A DNA stretch of 64,000 nt from an uncultured Candidatus Saccharibacteria bacterium (GCA_964407105.1 CAYOUG010000002.1:76003-140002), one strand, 5' to 3'; counted from the stretch's first letter, positions 9,304 to 20,048 are shown. Translations and numbers: made by a program. Notes: generated from the sequence alone by a model not told the origin.

Positions 9304-10695
9304 TTAAATTGGATTAATTTCAGGGCCCTTTTCACCATCTTTTATATCAAATCCAGATTTTTGAATGAGATCGCGTAACTCATCTGCTTTTTTCCAATCT
9401 TTTTGTTCACGTGCTTTTTCGCGGTCTGAAGCAAGTTTTTTAATATTTACTGGTATTTCTTTTAAATTTTTCTTTAGGGTTTTTGAAGCGCTCTTTAAAT
9501 TAAGACCCAAGATTTTATCAAATTCGTTGAGCGTTGCGCGTTTGTTTCGATCTGATACATTTTTATCTTTTAGCATTTCCCACATAAGTGCAAGTGCTTG
9601 AGGGGTATCAAGATCATTTTCTATGTGTTGTTTGAATAATCCCAAATATTTTTTATCTACTTTTCCAAGGATTGATAAATTTGAATAAATAAGTGCAAGT
9701 TTTGTGTAAGCGGTGTTTGCTCCCTCAAGCGCATCCCAACTAAAAGTAATCGGTGATCTGTATTGTGCGGTGAGTAACCAATAACGATATGCAAGTGGTG
9801 AAATATTTTTTTCTATAACACTTGCGAGACGTAAAAAATTACCTTCTGATTTTGCCATTTTTCCACCTTCTATATTTACGAATGCGTTATGTAGCCAATA
9901 ATGAGCATATTCTACACCTGTTGCACTTTCAGATTGGGCAATTTCATTGTTGTGATGAACGGGTATGTGATCTATTCCACCAGTGTGAATATCAAATGTT
10001 TCGCCAAGATACTTCATTGACATAGCTGAACACTCTAGGTGCCAACCCGGAAAACCGATACCCCAAGGAGATTTCCATTCTTGCTGTCGTTTTTCGTGTG
10101 GTTGAGAAAATTTCCACAACGCAAAATCGGTCATATGTTTTTTTTCTGAATTTATGGTAACTCGTGCTCCTTCTTGTAAATGAGCAAGATCAATGTTTCC
10201 AAGTTTGCCGTATTGTTTAAATTTTCTTGTGTCAAAATATATACCGTCTGATGTTTTGTAAGTAAATCCTTTTTGTTCAAGTTTTTGTATCAAAGCTATT
10301 TGTTCGGTGATATTTTCTGTGGCCTTTGGAAACACTGTATCTTTTGTATCTATGTTTAAGGCTTCAAGATCTTCAAAAAAAGCTTTTGTATAAAATGTAG
10401 TAATTTCTGACGCGGTTTTGCCTTCTTTTTTTGCGCCCTCTTCTATTTTGTCGCGCCCATCATCAGAATCACCCACAAGATGTCCTACATCGGTAATATT
10501 TATAACTTGAATTACTTTATATTTATTGTATTTAAGTGCTCGTTTTAGGATATCTGCAAAAACGTATGATCGTAAATTGCCGAGATGGGCATAGTTGTAG
10601 ACGGTTGGGCCACAATTGTACATACCCACAGTTTTTCCTTTTTGTGGAGTGAATATTTCTTTTTGTTTACTGAGTGTATTCCAGAATGAAAGCAT
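9304..10695 (-). CDS. cysS: Cysteine--tRNA ligase
   Basis: [27 protein letters not shown]. Confidence 0.97.
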   Translation of the reverse strand: MLSFWNTLSKQKEIFTPQKGKTVGMYNCGPTVYNYAHLGNLRSYVFADILKRALKYNKYKVIQVINITDVGHLVGDSDDGRDKIEEGAKKEGKTASEITTFYTKAFFEDLEALNIDTKDTVFPKATENITEQIALIQKLEQKGFTYKTSDGIYFDTRKFKQYGKLGNIDLAHLQEGARVTINSEKKHMTDFALWKFSQPHEKRQQEWKSPWGIGFPGWHLECSAMSMKYLGETFDIHTGGIDHIPVHHNNEIAQSESATGVEYAHYWLHNAFVNIEGGKMAKSEGNFLRLASVIEKNISPLAYRYWLLTAQYRSPITFSWDALEGANTAYTKLALIYSNLSILGKVDKKYLGLFKQHIENDLDTPQALALMWEMLKDKNVSDRNKRATLNEFDKILGLNLKSASKTLKKNLKEIPVNIKKLASDREKAREQKDWKKADELRDLIQKSGFDIKDGEKGPEINPI

Positions 10696-10722
10696 GATGG
10701 TAAAAATCTATCAAAACAGTGA

Positions 10723-11637
10723 TTATAGCCAACCCTTAAACTTGAAGAATGAAAACATTGCACTACCCGCAACAAAAATAAGACCTATAAGAATCCAAAA
10801 ATCGTTGGGACTTCCTACTATAGGTCTGGATATTGTGTCGATTTGAAACACTGATGTAATGAGTGAAAGGGGAACAGCAATAAATGCAAGAATGGTAAGA
10901 ATTTTTGTAATCTCATTTTGTTTAGCGTTAAGAAGAGAATTGTTGGTCTCGCGAAGTTCGTTTACTGTGTCTATATTACTCTCAAGGGCGTTTTGTATTC
11001 TTCGATATTCGTCGGTGGCCGCGTGTGTATAATATGAGAAATGATCACCAAAAAGTTTTTTGCCGGCAATTTCTAGTGTTGTAAAGATTTCCTGATGCAT
11101 TCTAATAGTTTTTTTGAAATCTAAAAGAATTTTGCCCACATTTGAAAGAGCAAATACCATTTCTTTTTCGCTACCCTTAAAAATTTTTGATTCTATATCT
11201 TTTATCCAATCTTCAATGTATGCGAGTTCATCAAAAACAGAGTGATAAATTTCTTTTAATAAAATATAAAAAAGATATCCAGCCGGATATTCTATATTTT
11301 TTTTATCAAGCAACGAGCTTACTTCAATCTTTTTTGCAAACTTGTGAATGGAGTCTATGGTGTCGTATCGAGCAGTGATTAAAAAATCTTTTCCAATAAT
11401 AAAATCAACTTCTTGATCTGCTTTGTCTGTGTGACTGTGTTTAAATGCAGGGAAATGCAATACAACATAAATAAAATCAGAATGAAACTCTACTCTTGGG
11501 CGAGCGGTGGGTAGTGATAGTTCATTGCCCACTACGGGGTCAATATGAAATTCTTGAATGATTGTATCAATATCTGCCTCGGTTGGGTGATCAAGATCAA
11601 TCCATGTAATGTCTTTATGAGAATATCTATGTATCAT
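10723..11637 (-). CDS. corA: CorA family divalent cation transporter
   Basis: WIDLDHP, EVDFIIG, QNEITKILT plus two C-terminal TMs; GMN motif replaced by QID. Confidence 0.82.
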   Translation of the reverse strand: MIHRYSHKDITWIDLDHPTEADIDTIIQEFHIDPVVGNELSLPTARPRVEFHSDFIYVVLHFPAFKHSHTDKADQEVDFIIGKDFLITARYDTIDSIHKFAKKIEVSSLLDKKNIEYPAGYLFYILLKEIYHSVFDELAYIEDWIKDIESKIFKGSEKEMVFALSNVGKILLDFKKTIRMHQEIFTTLEIAGKKLFGDHFSYYTHAATDEYRRIQNALESNIDTVNELRETNNSLLNAKQNEITKILTILAFIAVPLSLITSVFQIDTISRPIVGSPNDFWILIGLIFVAGSAMFSFFKFKGWL

Positions 11638-11711
11638 ATGAAAGGAATTAATCTAATTATAATGCAATACGTGTTTGACCACAAGAAGTCTGTTTGCGAT
11701 AATGATGAACA

Positions 11712-12941
11712 ATGAATGAATATTTTTCGAAGTACCGTATTACGGTTATAGTTTCGTTTCTTATAATATGTACTTCTTTTTTTGGTGGAGTGTATGTGGG
11801 CATACATCAGAAAACCACCGGTACAGCAGCTGACTTACAAAACAAAAATCCAAACACACTTGTAAAAGGAGACTTTTCGCCATTTTGGAGAGCGTGGGAT
11901 ATTCTTACTGAAAAATATGTTGGGTCCGCTTCAAGTTCTAAATCTGTAAATGATCAGGAAAAAATATGGGGCGCAATCGAAGGACTTGCTCGGTCATTTG
12001 GCGATCCATACACAGTATTTTTTCCTCCAGAAGAATCTGAAATGTTTAAAAATGATATTGCAGGAAATTTTCAAGGTGTTGGTATGGAAATCGGTATTCA
12101 AGATGACATTTTAACCGTTATTGCACCATTAAAAGGTACACCTGCTGATAAAGCTGGAATTCGCGCACAAGATAAAATTTTAAAAATCGATGAAGTGTCC
12201 ACTGTAAATTTGAGCTCTGAAGAAGCTGTAAAACTTATTCGTGGAAAAGAGGGAACAAAAGTTAAGTTTCTCATTTTACGAGAAGGCGTTGATCAACCAA
12301 TTGAAATTTTAGTGACTCGTGCCGTGATAGATATTCCAACGATTAAAACACAACTTCGACCAGATGGGGTTTTTGTAATTGAACTTTATAATTTTTCTGC
12401 AATTTCTGCCGATCTTTTTAGATCAGCATTAAGAGAGTTTGTATCTTCTAGGAGCAACAAATTGGTTCTTGATTTACGAGGAAATCCTGGCGGATATTTG
12501 GAAGCAGCGGTAGACATGGCAAGTTGGTTTTTACCGCTCGGTGACGTTGTTGTAAGAGAAGATTTTGGTGGTAAACAAGAAGAAACAATTCATCGAAGTA
12601 AGGGTTTCAGTATTTTTAATGAAAAACTTAAAATGGCTGTGCTTATCGATGCGGGATCAGCATCAGCATCTGAAATTCTTGCGGGGGCACTTTCTGAGCA
12701 TGGTGTGGCCACACTCGTTGGTACACGATCTTATGGAAAGGGTTCGGTGCAAGAACTTGTAAAAATTACTCCAGAAACTTCTCTTAAAGTAACCATTGCT
12801 CGATGGTTGACACCAAACGGTGTTTCTATTTCTGAGGGGGGTCTGAAACCGTCCTTGGAAGTAGAGAGAACACTAGAAGATGTAAAGAAGGGGATTGATC
12901 CACAAATGGCAAAGGCAGTTGAACTATTACTCAAAAAATGA
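11712..12941 (+). CDS. ctpA: C-terminal processing protease, S41 family with PDZ
   Basis: DPYT, DLRGNPGG, SASASEI, SYGKGSVQ. Confidence 0.93.
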   Translation: MNEYFSKYRITVIVSFLIICTSFFGGVYVGIHQKTTGTAADLQNKNPNTLVKGDFSPFWRAWDILTEKYVGSASSSKSVNDQEKIWGAIEGLARSFGDPYTVFFPPEESEMFKNDIAGNFQGVGMEIGIQDDILTVIAPLKGTPADKAGIRAQDKILKIDEVSTVNLSSEEAVKLIRGKEGTKVKFLILREGVDQPIEILVTRAVIDIPTIKTQLRPDGVFVIELYNFSAISADLFRSALREFVSSRSNKLVLDLRGNPGGYLEAAVDMASWFLPLGDVVVREDFGGKQEETIHRSKGFSIFNEKLKMAVLIDAGSASASEILAGALSEHGVATLVGTRSYGKGSVQELVKITPETSLKVTIARWLTPNGVSISEGGLKPSLEVERTLEDVKKGIDPQMAKAVELLLKK

Positions 12942-12976
12942 TAGAACTCTAGAATCATTTAATTATAAAAAACAGC

Positions 12977-13423
12977 ATGAAAGTTATTTTACTAAAAAAT
13001 GTGCCAAAGGTTGGTCAGAAATATGATGTGAAAAATGTTGCGGATGGTTATGCGCTTAATTTCCTTATTCCTCAAAAGCTCGCTGAGGTGGCCACCTCAA
13101 GTGCTGTAAAAAAAATTGAAGTTTTAAAATCAGCTGATCAAACACAAAAAAAGGTACAGGAAGATTTGTTATTGAAAAATCTTGAAAGTGTAAATTTGGC
13201 AAAAATTGAACTTACAGAAAAAGCCAATGATAAAGGGCATCTTTTCTCTGGTATTCATAAAGAACAACTTATTGCGGCACTAAAAGATCAAGCACACCTT
13301 GATTTAAGTGCTGATTTTATTGATCTTTCAAAACCAATAAAGGAGGTGGGAGAGCACAAGGTTGTTGTGAAAGTGGGGGATAAAAAAGCCGAGTTTTCTT
13401 TGACGATAAAAGCAACTCAATAG
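12977..13423 (+). CDS. rplI: 50S ribosomal protein L9
   Basis: MKVILLKNV..G..VADGYALNFLIP; LFSGI; PIKEVGEH. Confidence 0.96.
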   Translation: MKVILLKNVPKVGQKYDVKNVADGYALNFLIPQKLAEVATSSAVKKIEVLKSADQTQKKVQEDLLLKNLESVNLAKIELTEKANDKGHLFSGIHKEQLIAALKDQAHLDLSADFIDLSKPIKEVGEHKVVVKVGDKKAEFSLTIKATQ

Positions 13424-13441
13424 TAGATATTTTTTAAAAAG

Positions 13442-13481
13442 AAAAGCCCTTGGGGTGCGCGATGCACCTTGAGGGCTTTTT
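13442..13481. terminator. Bidirectional terminator between rplI and cassette B
   Basis: AAAAGCCCT..GGTGC gcgat GCACC..AGGGCTTTT. Confidence 0.8.
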
Positions 13482-13506
13482 CAAGCTTGAATTTGTTTCG
13501 TCTTGT

Positions 13507-13656
13507 TTAGTGGTTTGCCGCCACCTCGGCAACCTTTCCGTTTGTTGTTCGCGGTGACTTATCCAACACAAACATCACAATCATGATGACCGCGAAAATT
13601 CCAACGATTATTAGCAAAGGTTCAAGCCTGTCTAGATCTTTGGTGTTTGTCGACAT
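13507..13656 (-). CDS. Small single-TM orphan protein, 49 aa (cassette B)
   Basis: AAGAAAGGA SD 6 nt before ATG; TTGCTT-17-TATTGT upstream (13728-13756). Confidence 0.6.
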   Translation of the reverse strand: MSTNTKDLDRLEPLLIIVGIFAVIMIVMFVLDKSPRTTNGKVAEVAANH

Positions 13657-13822
13657 GCACATTCCTTTCTTTGTGTGTGATTGCGGCTTGGGTCGATGTT
13701 TGTACGTGCGGGATGTTTCTAAAATACACAATACAACACAAAACAAAAAAAAGCAATAAAGATAATATAAAACGAAACACAAAAAACTTTTCGAATGGGT
13801 GAGTTGAGCGCTCCAGTAAACA

Positions 13823-14095
13823 TTAAACCACGTGAACTATTTTTTTTATTTTGATTGAGTTATCAAAATGAATTTTTCGAGTTTTTGCAAATTTTACGAC
13901 GCCTTCCTTAAGAGCAAAAAGTGTTTGGTCTTTACCCATACCAACATTTTTACCAGGAATAACATCAGTGCCACGTTGACGCACTAAAATAGAACCAGCT
14001 TTAGCAACTGCTCCTGAAGTTATTTTAATACCGAGATATTTTGGATTGGAATCTCTACCGTTTTTGGTCGATCCTCCAGCTTTTTTGGTTGCCAT
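13823..14095 (-). CDS. rpmA: 50S ribosomal protein L27
   Basis: [24 protein letters not shown]. Confidence 0.97.
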   Translation of the reverse strand: MATKKAGGSTKNGRDSNPKYLGIKITSGAVAKAGSILVRQRGTDVIPGKNVGMGKDQTLFALKEGVVKFAKTRKIHFDNSIKIKKIVHVV

Positions 14096-14135
14096 ACTTT
14101 ATAATCTATACTTTATCTGCTAAAATTACAGTTAC

Positions 14136-14567
14136 ATGAGTATAAAAGATAATCTCCTAAAAATCAAGTCTTTTGTGGATATTGTGTACAATATTAAAAA
14201 ACGCCATATTTCAAGGTTATTTTTAGCCTTTTTCATCATTCTTGTAGCGATTTCTTGTTTTGGTTTGGGTAGGCTTTCAGCTCTTCGTAATGCTCGAACG
14301 CCGATTACTTTAGGCATTATTAATGAATTATCAGCCGCCGATATTAAAAACACGCCCAGTAATGTTTCGGTTACCACCACGTCTATAAACAATGAGGGGA
14401 TAGTGGTGGCTTCTAAGCAAGGGAAAATATATCATTTTCCGTGGTGTTCTGGCGCAAAACGAATTTCGGCAGAAAATAAAATTACATTTTCTTCGCGAAC
14501 CGAAGCAGAAAAAGCGGGATATGCGCCGGCTAAAAATTGCAAAGGACTCATCGTAGACTCTAAATAA
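14136..14567 (+). CDS. Membrane-anchored protein with Ada-like metal-binding domain
   Basis: TM then VASKQGKIYHFPWC..A..GYAPAKNC. Confidence 0.7.
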   Translation: MSIKDNLLKIKSFVDIVYNIKKRHISRLFLAFFIILVAISCFGLGRLSALRNARTPITLGIINELSAADIKNTPSNVSVTTTSINNEGIVVASKQGKIYHFPWCSGAKRISAENKITFSSRTEAEKAGYAPAKNCKGLIVDSK

Positions 14568-14569
14568 TT

Positions 14570-14830
14570 ATGAGACGAAAAATAGAAAACACATTAATTT
14601 ATGGTTGCGGCGGATTCGTTATTGGAATCGGTGTCCTTGGTTTATTCTTACCCATAATTCAGGGAATTGTGCTTATTGCGCTTGGTCTTTATATAATCTC
14701 CCTTCGTTCAGAACGCGCCAAGCGTCTTCTTGATCGTATTTTAAATAAGTTTCCTTTTATTCATACTGTTGTCACAAAATTTTCCACTTATTCAAAAAGT
14801 TTTGTTCACAAAATGGGTATGTTTTTCTAG
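14570..14830 (+). CDS. Small membrane protein (PGPGW/DUF454-like)
   Basis: IGVLGLFLPIIQGIVLIALGL motif. Confidence 0.6.
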   Translation: MRRKIENTLIYGCGGFVIGIGVLGLFLPIIQGIVLIALGLYIISLRSERAKRLLDRILNKFPFIHTVVTKFSTYSKSFVHKMGMFF

Positions 14831-14859
14831 GTGTCGATTGGATATTTTTGATAAAATTT

Positions 14860-14893
14860 TAATACTTGACGTATTAAGTGTTTTTGTTACAAT
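14860..14893 (+). promoter_or_regulatory. Promoter with overlapping palindromic operator (likely MarR)
   Basis: TTGACG-16-TACAAT; imperfect palindrome TAATACTTG acgtat TAAGTGTTT over -35. Confidence 0.6.
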
Positions 14894-14919
14894 AAAGTTA
14901 TATTTTTAAAAAACAACTA

Positions 14920-16224
14920 ATGGTTGATGTTAATTTTAATACAGGAAAAATAAATTTTAAGAAAAAATTTCAGCAATATCTTATTTCTTTGAGACTTGGT
15001 TTTTTCTTGGCACTTCGTCAGGTGAGCAGAAGTAGTAAGTGGACAACGATTCTTATTATTTTTGTAATGACCCTTACGTTTTTAAATCTTGTGGTGGTGA
15101 GTGGTATTTTGGTGGGTCTTATTGAAGGTTCGGTTCAGGCAGTAAAAAGTCGCTATTTAAGTGATGTGATTGTTTCTACACTAAAAGAAAAAACATATAT
15201 TGAAAACAGTCCATATGTGATCAATGTTGCAAAAAATTTACCATGGACAAAAGCAGTATCTGCTCGATATCTTGAGGGTGGAAAAATAGAGGCCAATTAT
15301 AAAAATCGTGTAAAAAAAACAGATTTAATTGATAGTGTGAGTACTATTATCGCCGGCATTAATCCAGATGATGAAAATGCAGTAACTGGAATAAAAGATC
15401 TTGTAATTGAGGGTTCATATCTTACTTCAACAGATTATGATCAGGTACTTTTGGGTCACAATCTTCTTCGAAAATATTTACCTATTGAATCACCAGGGTT
15501 TACAACACTTCAAGACGTTGAGGTGGGTGATAAAGTAAGACTTGTGATAAACGGTAACACGCGAGAGGTTTATGTGAAAGGTATTTTAAAGAGTAAGGTT
15601 GACGAAGTGAGTCGTCGAGTATTTATGACTGATACACAACTCCGAGGTCTTATTGGTCGTTCCGATTACAATGTCGATGAAATTTCTATTTTACTTAAAC
15701 CTGGTTCTGATCCAGTGGTCGCTCGTGACGCTATGCTTGCAAGTGGGGTGGGGAAATATTCGAAAGTACAAACATTTGAAGAGGGTTTGCCTAAATTTTT
15801 AATTGATATTAAAAATACGTTTGCTATTTTAGGAAATGCCGTGAGTTCTATTGGTCTTGTGGTGGCGTCGATTACAATTTTTATTGTTATTTTTATAAAC
15901 GCAATTACTCGTCGGAAATTTATTGGTATTTTAAAGGGAATTGGTATTCATTCAACCGCAATTGAATTTGCATACGTACTTCAGTCACTTTTTTATGCAT
16001 TTATGGGTACATTGCTTGGCGCTATTATACTTTTTGTATTCCTTAAACCATATATTGCAACACACCCCATAGACTTTCCATTTAGTGACGGTATTTTGGT
16101 GGCAACAATTTCTGGTACATTAATTCGTGCCGGAATACTTTTTGTGGCAACACTTATTGCCGGATACATTCCTGCAAAAATTGTGGTTAAACAAAATACA
16201 CTCGATGCGATTTTGGGGCGCTAA
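14920..16224 (+). CDS. ABC transporter permease (MacB/FtsX/LolE-like)
   Basis: N-terminal TM, large extracellular loop, RRKFIGILKGIG, C-terminal PAK..V. Confidence 0.88.
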   Translation: MVDVNFNTGKINFKKKFQQYLISLRLGFFLALRQVSRSSKWTTILIIFVMTLTFLNLVVVSGILVGLIEGSVQAVKSRYLSDVIVSTLKEKTYIENSPYVINVAKNLPWTKAVSARYLEGGKIEANYKNRVKKTDLIDSVSTIIAGINPDDENAVTGIKDLVIEGSYLTSTDYDQVLLGHNLLRKYLPIESPGFTTLQDVEVGDKVRLVINGNTREVYVKGILKSKVDEVSRRVFMTDTQLRGLIGRSDYNVDEISILLKPGSDPVVARDAMLASGVGKYSKVQTFEEGLPKFLIDIKNTFAILGNAVSSIGLVVASITIFIVIFINAITRRKFIGILKGIGIHSTAIEFAYVLQSLFYAFMGTLLGAIILFVFLKPYIATHPIDFPFSDGILVATISGTLIRAGILFVATLIAGYIPAKIVVKQNTLDAILGR

Positions 16225-16242
16225 AACATACATAAAACATTT

Positions 16243-16929
16243 ATGATTACCGTAGAAAAACTTGTAAAATCTTTCCATAGTGGTGATTCCGAGCTCGTGG
16301 TATTAAAGGGTATGAGTTTTAGTGTTCCTGAGGGGCAATTTTTATCAGTCACAGGAAGATCTGGTTCTGGAAAAAGCACATTGCTTTATCAGCTTGGTTT
16401 ACTCGATCAGCCGAACTCTGGAAAAATTACAATAGATGGTGTTTCTGTGGAAACACTAGACAATCGCGAAAGAACACAATTTCGTCTTGAGAGACTTGGA
16501 TATGTGTTTCAAGATTACGCACTTTTACCAGAACTTTCTTCACTTGAAAATGTGATGTTGCCACTTCTTATGATGGGTGAATCAAAATGGCAGGCTCGCC
16601 AAAAAGCTACGTCTGCTTTAGAAAAAGTGGGGCTTGGTGATAAACTACCCAATTTGCCGAGTCAGCTTTCTGGGGGTCAGCAACAACGTGTAAGTATTGC
16701 TAGAGCCATTGGTCACAGTCCAAAAATTATTTTTGCTGATGAACCTACAGCAAACCTAGATAGTGAAACGGCAAAAGTGGTCATTAATACTTTTCAAGAA
16801 TTACACAAAGAAGGACAAACCATAATAATGGTGACTCATGAAGAAGAGTATTCTCGGCGTACAGATAGGGTGATTATGCTTTCAGACGGACAAATTATTT
16901 CAGACGTTATGCAAAACAAAAAAAGTTAA
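16243..16929 (+). CDS. ABC transporter ATP-binding protein (LolD/MacB-like)
   Basis: GRSGSGKS, LSGGQQQR, ADEPT. Confidence 0.93.
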   Translation: MITVEKLVKSFHSGDSELVVLKGMSFSVPEGQFLSVTGRSGSGKSTLLYQLGLLDQPNSGKITIDGVSVETLDNRERTQFRLERLGYVFQDYALLPELSSLENVMLPLLMMGESKWQARQKATSALEKVGLGDKLPNLPSQLSGGQQQRVSIARAIGHSPKIIFADEPTANLDSETAKVVINTFQELHKEGQTIIMVTHEEEYSRRTDRVIMLSDGQIISDVMQNKKS

Positions 16930-16938
16930 AAAACACAT

Positions 16939-18438
16939 ATGAATACAAAAAATACAAAAAGAAAATATATAATAGGTGGTGTAATTTTAATTATTATTGC
17001 TATTACGTCTTTTTTCGTTTTTAGAAAAAGTGATAGTGGAATTACGCCTGTGATTGTAGGAAAAACAGATATTGTTCAAACGGTACTTGCCTCAGGAAAT
17101 ACAAAAGCAATAAACACGGTAGATCTTGGTTTTGAAACAAGCGGTAAGGTACTTCAAGCGTATGTAAAAGTGGGTGACAGGGTAACCACTGGTCAAACTC
17201 TTATAGAGCTCGATAGTAGCGAACTCCAGGCAAATTTACTTAAGGCACAGGCTGATCTTGCTGAAGAATTAGCGGTAAAAGAGACCGATAGTATTGCTGT
17301 CAACGATGCAATACAAAATGCAAAAGTTGAAATTTTTGATGCTTATACAAAAGCAGATAATGTTGTACGCGAGACATTGGATCAATTTTTTGAAAATCCA
17401 GGAGGTAATATAGATACAAATTTTAAACCATATGTACAAGATGGTAGCACTAGTTATTTTTTCACAGTCCCATTTAATGTTAAAACTGATATTAATATAA
17501 AAAGAAAAGAAATCGAACAGAAACGATTAATATGGCAAAACCACTTAAATAATTTAACAAAAAATAATACAGAAGAATTACTTAGTGAGTCAGAAATAAA
17601 CCTCCAATACATTGGTGATTTTGTGGACCAAGTTTCTGAAATTATATTTGCATTAATGCCGACACAAAGTGCTTATGCGACGGTGGTTTCTGGTTATAAA
17701 TCAGATGTTTCTTCTGCTCGTACAATAATTAACACATCTTTATCAAATTTAAATTCTGCGCGTGAAAAAATAAATACCACAAAAGCTGGTGAGGTTTCAA
17801 ATTTTCCAACTGGTGCTATTTCGGCTCAACAAGCACGAAAACTTCAATTTGAAGCGCAAATAAAAAATATTCAATCGCAAATTGCAAAAAGACGTATCGT
17901 AGCTTCTTTTGATGGTATGGTAACAAAGCAAGATGTAGAAAAAGGTGAAATCGTAAGCGCTGGTCAAACCATTCTTTCTATTATTTCAGACAACAAACTT
18001 GAAATAGAATCAAATATTTCTGAAGTAAATATTAGTAAAATTGCTATCGGAAATAGTGTGGAAATTACATTTGATGCATTTCAGGGGGAAAAATTTACTG
18101 GGACAGTATCTTATATTGATCCGGGTGAAACACTTATGGATGGTGTTGTAAATTATAAAATAAAAGTAGCACTTTCAAATATAGATTCCAAAATAAAAAG
18201 TGGATTGACTGTAAATCTAAATATAGAAACATCAAAGAAATCTGGTGTTGTGTCTGTGCCACTTTATGCTGTAAAAACGAGATCGGACGGAAGTTATGTT
18301 CAAAAAATAATCGGTGACACCACAAAAGAAGTTCCGGTTGTTACTGGAATTGTTGGTCAAGATGGTATGGTTGAAATAGTTTCAGGTCTTGATGTGGGTG
18401 ATGTGGTTGGAGTTGGAGAAACAACTTCTGGAAATTAA
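16939..18438 (+). CDS. Efflux membrane-fusion/adaptor protein (MacA-like)
   Basis: N-terminal TM, split lipoyl halves (VKVGDRVTTGQ; ASFDGMV), coiled coil, EIVSGL. Confidence 0.88.
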   Translation: MNTKNTKRKYIIGGVILIIIAITSFFVFRKSDSGITPVIVGKTDIVQTVLASGNTKAINTVDLGFETSGKVLQAYVKVGDRVTTGQTLIELDSSELQANLLKAQADLAEELAVKETDSIAVNDAIQNAKVEIFDAYTKADNVVRETLDQFFENPGGNIDTNFKPYVQDGSTSYFFTVPFNVKTDINIKRKEIEQKRLIWQNHLNNLTKNNTEELLSESEINLQYIGDFVDQVSEIIFALMPTQSAYATVVSGYKSDVSSARTIINTSLSNLNSAREKINTTKAGEVSNFPTGAISAQQARKLQFEAQIKNIQSQIAKRRIVASFDGMVTKQDVEKGEIVSAGQTILSIISDNKLEIESNISEVNISKIAIGNSVEITFDAFQGEKFTGTVSYIDPGETLMDGVVNYKIKVALSNIDSKIKSGLTVNLNIETSKKSGVVSVPLYAVKTRSDGSYVQKIIGDTTKEVPVVTGIVGQDGMVEIVSGLDVGDVVGVGETTSGN

Positions 18439-18452
18439 TTTATAACATCAAA

Positions 18453-18923
18453 ATGTTTAAATCAGATTTTGAGAATCATCCGATACTTAAAATTCATAAA
18501 TTTATATTTCTTGTGGAAAAAAGTGTTGAATATGAACTTCAAAAAGAACTTGGTTTGGGTTTTTCTCAGTTCATGATTTTGGTAATGGTTGGAAAACATC
18601 CGGGTATTTCGCAAAGGAAACTTTCACTTTTGCGAGATGTTACTCAGGCGGCTATTAGTCGTCATATTGAGGTTATGAAAAAGAAAGGATATATTTCTCA
18701 AAAACAGAATGAAAATAATCGGCGTGAACACATACTTCATCTTACTTTAAAGGGTGAACAATATGCCAACAAGGCTTTTGTGTTAGCAGAAAAAAAGATT
18801 CGTGTTATATTTGAGACCGTCAATATTAAAGAAGAAAAATATTTAGGAAAAATTTTCGATCAATTATTGCAATGTTTTAAATCTGAAATGCCAGAATATC
18901 TTTTATGTGAAAAAAATAAATAA
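18453..18923 (+). CDS. MarR family transcriptional regulator
   Basis: ISQRKL..VTQAAISRHI..NRRE..LTLKG winged helix. Confidence 0.88.
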   Translation: MFKSDFENHPILKIHKFIFLVEKSVEYELQKELGLGFSQFMILVMVGKHPGISQRKLSLLRDVTQAAISRHIEVMKKKGYISQKQNENNRREHILHLTLKGEQYANKAFVLAEKKIRVIFETVNIKEEKYLGKIFDQLLQCFKSEMPEYLLCEKNK

Positions 18924-18933
18924 GAATTTACCT

Positions 18934-19863
18934 ATGGATACAAAACCTCAATTTGAAATACTTTTGTTTTATAAATATGTAGAAATTGCTGATCCAAAAA
19001 AGTTTATGTATGAGCAACGCGCTCTCTGTGAACGTTTTCATCTTACTGGACGAATGATTATTGCAGAAGAGGGGATCAACGCTACACTTGAAGGTACAAA
19101 AAATAATACTGACGCATATTGTAAGGCGCTATTTTCTGACCCAAGGTTTTCTGATGTTCATATGAAAAGAAGTACTGGTACTGGTGACGCATTTCCACGT
19201 TTATCTATAAAGGTACGTAAAGATATTGTAAGCAATGCTCTCACCGCACAAGTAGATCCTCGCACCACCACAGGTAAGCGTCTTTCTCCCGACGAACTCC
19301 ATAAGTGGATGAAAGAAAAACGTGATTCTTTTTATATTGTTGATATGCGAAACGACTACGAGCATAAATCAGGACATTTTGATGGTTCTATTTTACCCCC
19401 GCTTAAAAATTTTAGGGATCTTTCTGATGTAACAAAAAACGATCTCTCTCATTTAAAAGATAAGACGGTTGTGACGGTGTGTACTGGTGGTGTGAGATGT
19501 GAAAAAGCTTCTGGATATCTTGTAAAAGAGGGTTTTAATGATGTATATCAGCTTGATGGGGGAATAGTAAGCTATATGGAAAAATATCCTAGTGATGGTT
19601 TTAAAGGCTCACTTTATGTTTTTGATAAAAGAAAAGTGATGCATTTTGATGATCCCGCAACCCACGAGGTGGTGGGGCGGTGTGATTTGTGCGGTCTACC
19701 ATCAGAAAACTATGAGAATTGTTCACTTGATACATGCCACCACCACTTTATTTGTTGTTTAGATTGTAAAAAAGCCCAAAACGACGACCATTTTTGCTCG
19801 GTTGAATGCATGGAAGGGAAGAGTTTGTTAAAAAAAGATAAGATTTTTGCTAGCCAGCAGTAA
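18934..19863 (+). CDS. trhO: Rhodanese-domain tRNA U34 hydroxylase (TrhO/YceA family)
   Basis: LFYKY, GRMIIAEEGINAT, DMRNDYE, CTGGVRCEKAS, YVFD. Confidence 0.88.
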   Translation: MDTKPQFEILLFYKYVEIADPKKFMYEQRALCERFHLTGRMIIAEEGINATLEGTKNNTDAYCKALFSDPRFSDVHMKRSTGTGDAFPRLSIKVRKDIVSNALTAQVDPRTTTGKRLSPDELHKWMKEKRDSFYIVDMRNDYEHKSGHFDGSILPPLKNFRDLSDVTKNDLSHLKDKTVVTVCTGGVRCEKASGYLVKEGFNDVYQLDGGIVSYMEKYPSDGFKGSLYVFDKRKVMHFDDPATHEVVGRCDLCGLPSENYENCSLDTCHHHFICCLDCKKAQNDDHFCSVECMEGKSLLKKDKIFASQQ

Positions 19864-19937
19864 ATAAAAATATCAAAAAACGGCTTAAATTAAGGGTTTT
19901 TTGGTATTATTTATACCACAGAAAATCATTTTTGTCA

Positions 19938-19966
19938 TTGACAAGGGTCTTTGAATATGCTATTAT
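19938..19966 (+). promoter_or_regulatory. sigma70-type promoter upstream of lysozyme-like gene
   Basis: TTGACA-17-TATTAT with extended TG. Confidence 0.75.
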
Positions 19967-20048
19967 ATATACATCTCAGTTAGTAGCTGAGTTTTTTATT
20001 TAGATAAGCCCAGGTTAAATCTGGATACAGTCTAAATAAACAAATATT

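Noticed and set aside
13785-13822. tRNA-like fragment (TTCGAAT)
   Set aside because: No cloverleaf can be formed.
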